A stretch of 64,000 bases of DNA from Yuukianura sp. NJ FZ-2021 (taxonomy: Eukaryota). Where the stretch lies: the NCBI GenBank assembly GCA_046563655.1, contig CM102285.1, positions 11,904,001 to 11,968,000 of the forward strand, in the 5' to 3' direction. Position numbers and translations under genes: made by a program. The notes under the pieces are model-generated. The model saw only the letters and a program-made list of their open reading frames with translations, did not search any database and was not told the DNA's origin. Positions within the stretch are counted from its first letter, which is position 1; each line of letters opens with the position of its first letter. Below are positions 57,127-64,000 of the stretch, piece after piece.

Positions 57127-58804
57127 GTCACACTGATAACTGATATACGAAATCCCACTGGACAATGAAATTCGCCTTGTATCATAATTAATTGTTTACG
57201 GTTACTAAATGCAAAGATTTGAGTTGAAGCTTTTATACGGGAACAAAGGAACAGAAAATGTTAAGCGAACTAAATAAATTGAAACTTTTTCTAAACATTT
57301 ACCAACAAGTGTCTGCTAATTATTCGATTTTTTCCAACATTTGTCGTATTTTAGTCAACGAATTTTGAAATTTTGAATAAAAATTATAGTTGTTTCGTTT
57401 GATTTTGAATTGTGGTCGTAGTTAATTTGGAGTCCTCTGATATGGTACGGCGTTTGGATGAAACAAAATTTCTAATTTTTCAGTGCAAAATTTTTAGAAA
57501 ATTGAATTTTGCAGCGATTTCCAGCGATTTGTAGTCCTCACGTGGTTCGTTCAGTTCTGGAACTACGTTTTCATCTTCGATCGCTTTGAGAATTTCCAAA
57601 ACAAACGACGAATCAGGGAAATTCCGTAACATTTTGAAAAAAGGACGCCTGTTGAATTCAAGCTTTCGATTTTTTTCGAAAAATTGGTCGAAATTTTAAT
57701 TTTGTTTTTGAACTTTTTAAAAGTGAAAATAATTCTTTAGTTCATTGTGAATTGAGTCGTGAAGAGATTTACTCTCTAACGCAACTCGTTCCGGAATTAT
57801 GAATTTCCAAAGTTTTTGAAATTTTGGAGAGAGATTTTGGAGTGTTTTTACATTGGGATCGTGCGAGAGGGCAGAAATTTAGACAGGAGATTAGGCGAGT
57901 ACAAAAGGTTCCGTATTTCTGGCGCCCGCCCTATGCTTTTTTCCCATTGCTTGTAAAAGGGTTGGGAAAAGAGGGGAGCCTTTTGCTCTCGCATAATCTC
58001 CGGTCAACTCTGCCGCTCTTCTCGCCATACCCTAATGTTAAACTTCAGTTCAAAATTCGCTTGGGTGACAAGGGTGTTGTGCGAGTAGCTGCGAGATGAA
58101 CTCCAAAACTATTTAAAAACCGATTTCTACGTTTTTTTCCCGCCGCTGCGCTGGAAAAGTCATGTGACTCATACATTATTTTGTTTTATAAACTTTTTTT
58201 TAGAAAATATTAATACTAATTAAACTAACTAAGCTTGTAATTAACACCGTGTTTTAAGCAATTAATGCAGCATGCTTTTTGGATAATCGTCATCTTCCTC
58301 GTCATTGTCATTGAGGCATTACCTAACCAAATACATCCATCTTCAAAACTGTCAACTGTGACCTCTGACCTCTGAGTCTGACCTGCATATTTACGCAGTA
58401 GGATCTTAAGTAAGAGGTAAATACCCCGTCGTGATAAAGTTCGTTAATTTCAAACAAAGTACTGACAACTACTACACAGACACAGTTCATTTTGACAAGT
58501 TCATCTTCTCTTCTCAGAAAGAGGCAACTTTTTTTTTTGAAATTCAACTTGTCTTGTTTGTGATATTCCATTAGGTACACAAGGAAGGAAGGACGATCAT
58601 TTTCTTGTATCTACCGAGACGCAATTCATAATTACTCCTGGCTGACTTCAATTGAGCAGTTGAAACAAGGTTTTTGGTTCTGGTTTGGACAGAATAAACA
58701 AGGTCATTGGGTTATTTTTCGACAGGAGCATCATAATCTTAATGGGAATGATAGTCGACACTACTGGTACTGCTTGAGGAGCCTACTTCTTGCTGTCCGG
58801 TGAC

Positions 58805-61355
58805 ATGGCTGAGAAAGGTGACACAGGTGAGTTCTGATCTCATCTCGTTTATAAAAGTTTAAGTTGTTTGCGAATCAACAATTACTAATTCACGCTTGGA
58901 ATCTGATTTTAATGCGTTGTATTGAACGATTTGATTTGTAGTGGATCCTAATACACCCACTGGGATTGAAAATGAAGAAGACTGCGATAATTTTAAATCT
59001 ATGGATCTGGAGGAACATGTACAAGGAGAGCAGTTACTGAACATCATCGATGATACACGGCCGTTGGATCGCAGAAATTCGTTGCTGGATAAGTTCGATC
59101 CGTTAGCCACTCCGAATTGTCAAAAGCGACAGCCTCCCAGTGTCATAATTGAGTCAGATGATTTAGTCAACCCGAAAATGATCGAGCTTGAGCTAGTCCA
59201 AGAAGAGTCTAACCAGCACATGGATCTGAACGGTCATGTTTCCAGTGAAGAACTAGTTTTAACAGGAGGCGATGAAGCAGGGTCAAGGCTGGATGTTACC
59301 TTTACGTAAGTTAATCACTTGAATTTCAGTGTAGTATCAAAAAATCACGAGCAAACAGTGGCTGGAGTTAGGTTACCATTCCTGATCACAGGTTATTGAA
59401 CAGTTTAGACTTTCAGTTTACTTTTCTTTCTGCAAGTTTTCCCGTTGCAGCGCGAATGAGTACTTCCAGCGTTTCACAAATCAATAAACACACAAAGGTG
59501 TGTAAGCAGCCGAATTCCGAAAGCTCGGAGGCGGTCGCTGAAAAGACGCAAACGCATGGTGACTGTATCACAGTCATTCTCGTAAAAGGCAGAGAAGTCA
59601 GTCAGGAGGTGACAGTTGAGTCAGCGTTCAGCTAATTGTGGTAAAGTTTATTTCTTAAATTACATTTGTAGAAACCCATTTCTGCGTTTTGCTAACTATA
59701 AAATAAGTTCACTTTCTTACGGTGTCTCGAAGGCGTTAAAAATTATCAATGGAAGTAATGTAGGAAAACAGTTTTAGTGTGCAAGGATAAGGACTTTGCC
59801 ATTGTGCAATTTAGAATTGAACTGGGAAATGGAAGAGTTGAGTGTCTTACAAAGTACCAGCGTTTGCTGATCGCTGAAGGAATGAACGTTATCATCATTT
59901 TTGCGAATCCAATGAGTAATGAAATTTGCGTGGTCACGAGAAGAGGTGGGTGAAAATGATCATTTTTGCATTTGGAAAGGTTAGATTTAGATTATAAAAC
60001 TTTACTTAAGCTTAGCTTTATAAAAATCCTCAACCAAAGTCCATCCTTATGTGGTTTTAGCATCGTCAATTTTTTTTACTTTTCTACAAAGCCCTGGGCC
60101 ACCTTAACCCTACTCCTCCCAGATTTTTTTTTACAATAAAGTAATAGCACTTCCTGCAAATACGAGGTTATAAAATTCGCGAATATATTCGGATTTGTTT
60201 TGGTCGAGGGAGAAGTGTACAAGTGGTTTTTGCAGATTCGGTAATTTTGCAATTTCTAGTTCTTTTGGGTTTCCTATTGCAAATTTTTGCTTGTGAAGTC
60301 AGAAATTATTCATTCTATTTCTTGATTTGATTTCAGATTGGTTGAAGGTGACAGTTTAACAACTGAAAATTATTACAGCCTGGAGCCAAATCAAGACCAA
60401 GACCATATCGATACTTGCCAGGACCGAGAATCTCATCATCACAAGGAAACCCAAGTGCTAAAAGCAAAAGTTGCAGAACTGGAAGCCACATTAGCGAAAA
60501 ATTCCAACCTCAACGGGAACCATGCGTAAGCAAAACTTACTTCTTAAACTGTGTGGCGTGTGATGTCATATTTTACAACTAAATGACTTTCCGCGGTACA
60601 CCCGAAATGGAAGTGTATGATGTAGGTGGATGAGGAAAGGAAAAGTGTTGCAATGTACAAACATAGAATGAATTTTGGTGTTACTGCCTTCATTAGCTAT
60701 TTGTCGTACTATTTTTTAGGTTGCTGGTGACGGAATACGAGGCCAAACTGGGTGCCATGACGGATTCAGCAGAAGACTGGAAAGCGAGAGCGATGGCGCT
60801 GGATCGAGACAAGATTGTACTTATTCGTGAGAGAGATCAAGCCAGAGAAGATCTGCATAATGTTGAAGCAGCATTTTCTGATGTACACAGGTACGTTTTT
60901 GAAAATTTTGAAGTTTTCCTTGGCCTTTTACTATCGTTTTGGAATTTTGATTTTAGGAAATACGAACGGGTCAAAGAAGTGCTAAAAAACAATAATCAAA
61001 ATCAAAAACTGCTGGAATCCAGGGACCTCGAATTACAGGAGCGTCTAAAACTAGCGAATGCTCACATTTCCGAATTGGAAGACGAGTACAAGGACAAACT
61101 TTCATCGTAAGTGACATAAACAGTAGAAATTGTGTTTGTTTTGGTGTGGGGTAAACAGGGATTTGTTTCGTTTTCAGTGTTTACTCTAGTTTTGAAGCTA
61201 GGCTAAAGAATCAAGAGGTGGAAGCGACGAGGCTAAGGGCCCAATTAAGAAAATTGCAAATGAAGAATGAAACACTTGAGAATGACGTAAAACAAAAAAC
61301 TTCGGAAGTTGCTAAACTCAGTTCATTATGTGACGAGCTAATCAATAAGGTGTGA
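58805..61355 (+). CDS. tacc: Transforming acidic coiled-coil (TACC) family protein, ~357 aa
   Basis: Exons 58805-58826, 58942-59305, 60337-60525, 60720-60890, 60957-61106, 61178-61355 (1074 nt, in frame). RRNSLLDKFDPL (TACC SL.KFDPL motif), DLHNVEAAFSDVHRKYERVK, and C-terminal LCDELINKV. Confidence 0.82.
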
Positions 61356-62496
61356 ACTTAATTATATTAATTATAGCCTGGTTAAGATACTAATTCTAGC
61401 GAAACGTTCTTTCTCTCCGAAGAGCCTGCTTTAATAATGCCAACGAGATTAATTTAATTGTTACACCTTTTCTAATCCCTAATTAACAAATTTACGGAAT
61501 ATTGCAATGTGTTAATAAATAAATTCAATATTTTGTACGTTGTAAAAGATTCGGCTGTATCTTCTCGAAATCTTTGCATAGTTTATGGCGTTAACTTAAT
61601 TAACACTAGCCAAAGTTACCCCCAGGGGGGTAAGGGTGGGGACGGGGAGCGACCTTCCCCGCCCCCAATCAGTTTTGCCAAATGCAAATTGACGAAATTG
61701 CACAAAAAAGGAAATTGCCATGGCAAAACAACTGTTCGTGTCAATTGCAATACAGTCAATTGCCATTTCTGGCGCACCGCAAATCAAACCATCAAAGTCG
61801 AAATTTCGTAAGTTGACAACTGAAAATCTAAGTCGTTCACTAATTAAACTTCTAATTTGTTTCGGGTCAGACTGTGGACCAATCCCAGTTGCATCGCCTG
61901 GAGGAAGGCTTGGTCAATTTGAAGAGAACGAAGAAAACTGAAGGGAATTTGCTGATTCACGGTATGTGTGTAATTTTGTATACACTTTTACTTTTTTACA
62001 GTACTTTTGTTGCTGCTTCAAATTATTGGTTGATTTGATTAGTTTTTATCGTCCCATACCGTTTACTAACCGTCTGTTGCTTATGCTTTCTGTATTTAGT
62101 ACCTTTTGTGCCATCCTCAAAACCCATCTTCATCTGTCTGACCTCTGACACCACAATGCAACGATACATAGACGAATTGACGAATCATCAATGTTCCATT
62201 CTATCTCTATGAGTCTCTGAATCGTCAAAATGTTCGCTCGACTGTATCATCCCTTGATTTTAAGGTATTTTCGGAGTAATCCGGTATACTAAGTCTCTGC
62301 CGTTCTCGTATTTATTTACGCAGATACTGTTTCAGTTGCCTTGAATTCAAGTTTAATGAAGTGTAAGTGCTTAACCAAATGATGCATTATTGACTGTTGC
62401 AGAGGAGCGTGTGCGCGTACGTGTAGATGTACTTGTCGATGCTTGACTACTGGTGAAAGACTAAGCTATCTTGACATACTTGTTCGTACAAGGCAA

Positions 62497-63225
62497 ATGA
62501 GTTCTACAAATGGAAGCCAAAGCCCGGCGTCGCCGGTCAATACTTCGAAATCCGACGGTACACAAGCTCTGAAGGCTCCAGCCCACAATAGATCAGCTTG
62601 CATATTTTGCCGTATCGTCGACGGGAATGAACCGCAATCGAAGGATAAAATTATATTTCAGGTCAGTGCAGAATTGAGAATACCTGTACTTTCAAGTTGT
62701 TTTGACGATGCATTACTCACTGTTTTCTTTGTACTAGGATGAAGAATTTGTGGTTTTTCCTGACATTCGGCCAGCCGCTAAGCATCATCTCCTGGTTGTC
62801 ACAAAAGAGCATATCCGGGATGCTAAATGTTTGACTTCGTCACACGGTGAATTAGTACAACGTATGGTGGATACCGGAAAGAAAGCGTTGAGTGAGCGAA
62901 TCAAATCGGAATCATCGACAATGGCCCAAGAGGTGCAAGAAGAAACCGTGTCCAAAGCCCTACTTGGATTTCATTGGCCCCCGTTCCATACAATTTCTCA
63001 TCTTCACTTGCACGTCATCGCTCCAGCGAACGAAGTCGGATTCGTTGGAAGACTCATGTTTCGACCAAACAGCTTTTGGTTTGTCCAGGTAAATGAAACG
63101 AATGCAATTTCATTTTGAATGTTGTTTATTTCACAATTTGAACGTTTGTTTTCTATACTCAGCCATCTTGGGTCCAGGAACGTTTGAATCGTACTGCCAA
63201 AGTACAAGATTCTGCTTCTTCATAA
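62497..63225 (+). CDS. HINT3: Histidine triad nucleotide-binding protein 3 (HINT3), 192 aa
   Basis: Exons 62497-62661, 62738-63088, 63163-63225. CIFCRI, FPDIRPAAKHHLLVVTKEHI, GFHWPPFHTISHLHLHVI (HIT motif HxHxH), FRPNSFWF. Confidence 0.92.
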
Positions 63226-63228
63226 TGC

Positions 63229-64000
63229 TTAATGCGCTTGAGATTCCCTCTGCGACTTCCAGTATCTTCCATTTGGGAACTCGTACATTTGGAGTGATTC
63301 TTCTTTCATCTGCGTGCTGTAACCCGGCTCCTACACAATCAAAACACAACTGTAAATTGTAAATGTGATGTGTGTGTAAATGTGAACTTGATTATTGGCC
63401 GAGGAATTGTAGTAAGCAAGCAGTGAAATAACAAAATGCGTCTAATACTCAACCAGTACTTTACCTTTGGTGCAATGTATCGAGCATTTCGAACTACTGG
63501 AGGAGCGGTGAAATGCTCATGCAGGTGATCCACCCACTCTATCATTCGTTTCTCAGAAAGGCCCGTTAGACTGATGTAGTCAAATATTTGCAAATGCTGC
63601 ACCATTTCACAAAGTCCGACACCGCCAGCATGAGGACACACCGGAACTTCAAATTTCTTCGCCATGAAGTAAACCGCCAGCACTTCATTCACTCCCCCCA
63701 ATCTGCAAGCATCAATTTGGCAGTATGAGATTGCATCTGCTTGTAGCAGTTGTTTAAACATCACACGGTTTTGGCACATTTCTCCAGTAGCTACGCCGAT
63801 CCCAAACGGTTTCAAGGCCTAAGAAGAAACCCATGTCACAGGTCAGCCTAAATTCTTGAACTGGTCACTTCAAATGTTAAGATTTTCATTTCAATAAACG
63901 TTTTTTTTATTTACTTTAGCTATCTTCTGATGTCCCAAGATGTCATCAGGAGAAGTGGGCTCTTCAATCCACATAGGCTTAAACTCTTTGAGCTTGGTCA
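63229..64000 (-). CDS. ENOSF1: Mitochondrial enolase superfamily member 1 / L-fuconate dehydratase (5'-partial, last 3 exons)
   Basis: Minus-strand exons >64000-63915, 63818-63465, 63330-63229. WIEEPTSPDDILGH, GVATGEMCQNRVMFKQLLQ, QIDACRLGGVNE, PVCPHAGGVGLCEMVQHL, PGYSTQMKEES...YEFPNG. Confidence 0.95.

Noticed and set aside
56607..57185. 192-aa minus-strand ORF
   Set aside because: Antisense shadow of the last RapGEF2 exon.

Overview
Eukaryotic (animal, almost certainly arthropod) AT-rich, gene-dense genomic DNA with short GT-AG introns of roughly 50-200 nt. The compact introns and an orphan F-box gene resemble a springtail (Collembola) or similar hexapod, but the taxon is inference only. 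Hand-spliced gene models in order: SPT16 (3' part), Hr51/unf (NR2E3, minus), an orphan F-box protein, MIF, calcyphosin-like, Dmrt93B-like, MpaB/Lcp-like heme-oxygenase-fold paralog 1, UBE2E, COX4 (with a 743-bp foldback MITE in its 5'-UTR intron), an orphan basic/coiled-coil gene with an RFX X-box and a GC-AG intron, three tandem MpaB/Lcp-like paralogs, RapGEF2/PDZ-GEF, a short TACC, HINT3, and ENOSF1 (3' part), whose stop codon is 3 bp from that of HINT3. The best candidate for an undescribed system is the four-gene cluster of divergent MpaB/latex-clearing-protein-like oxygenases, which differ in intron position and C-terminal targeting signals. No rRNA, tRNA, CRISPR or autonomous transposase was recognised. 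All product calls come from motif recognition, not database searches.
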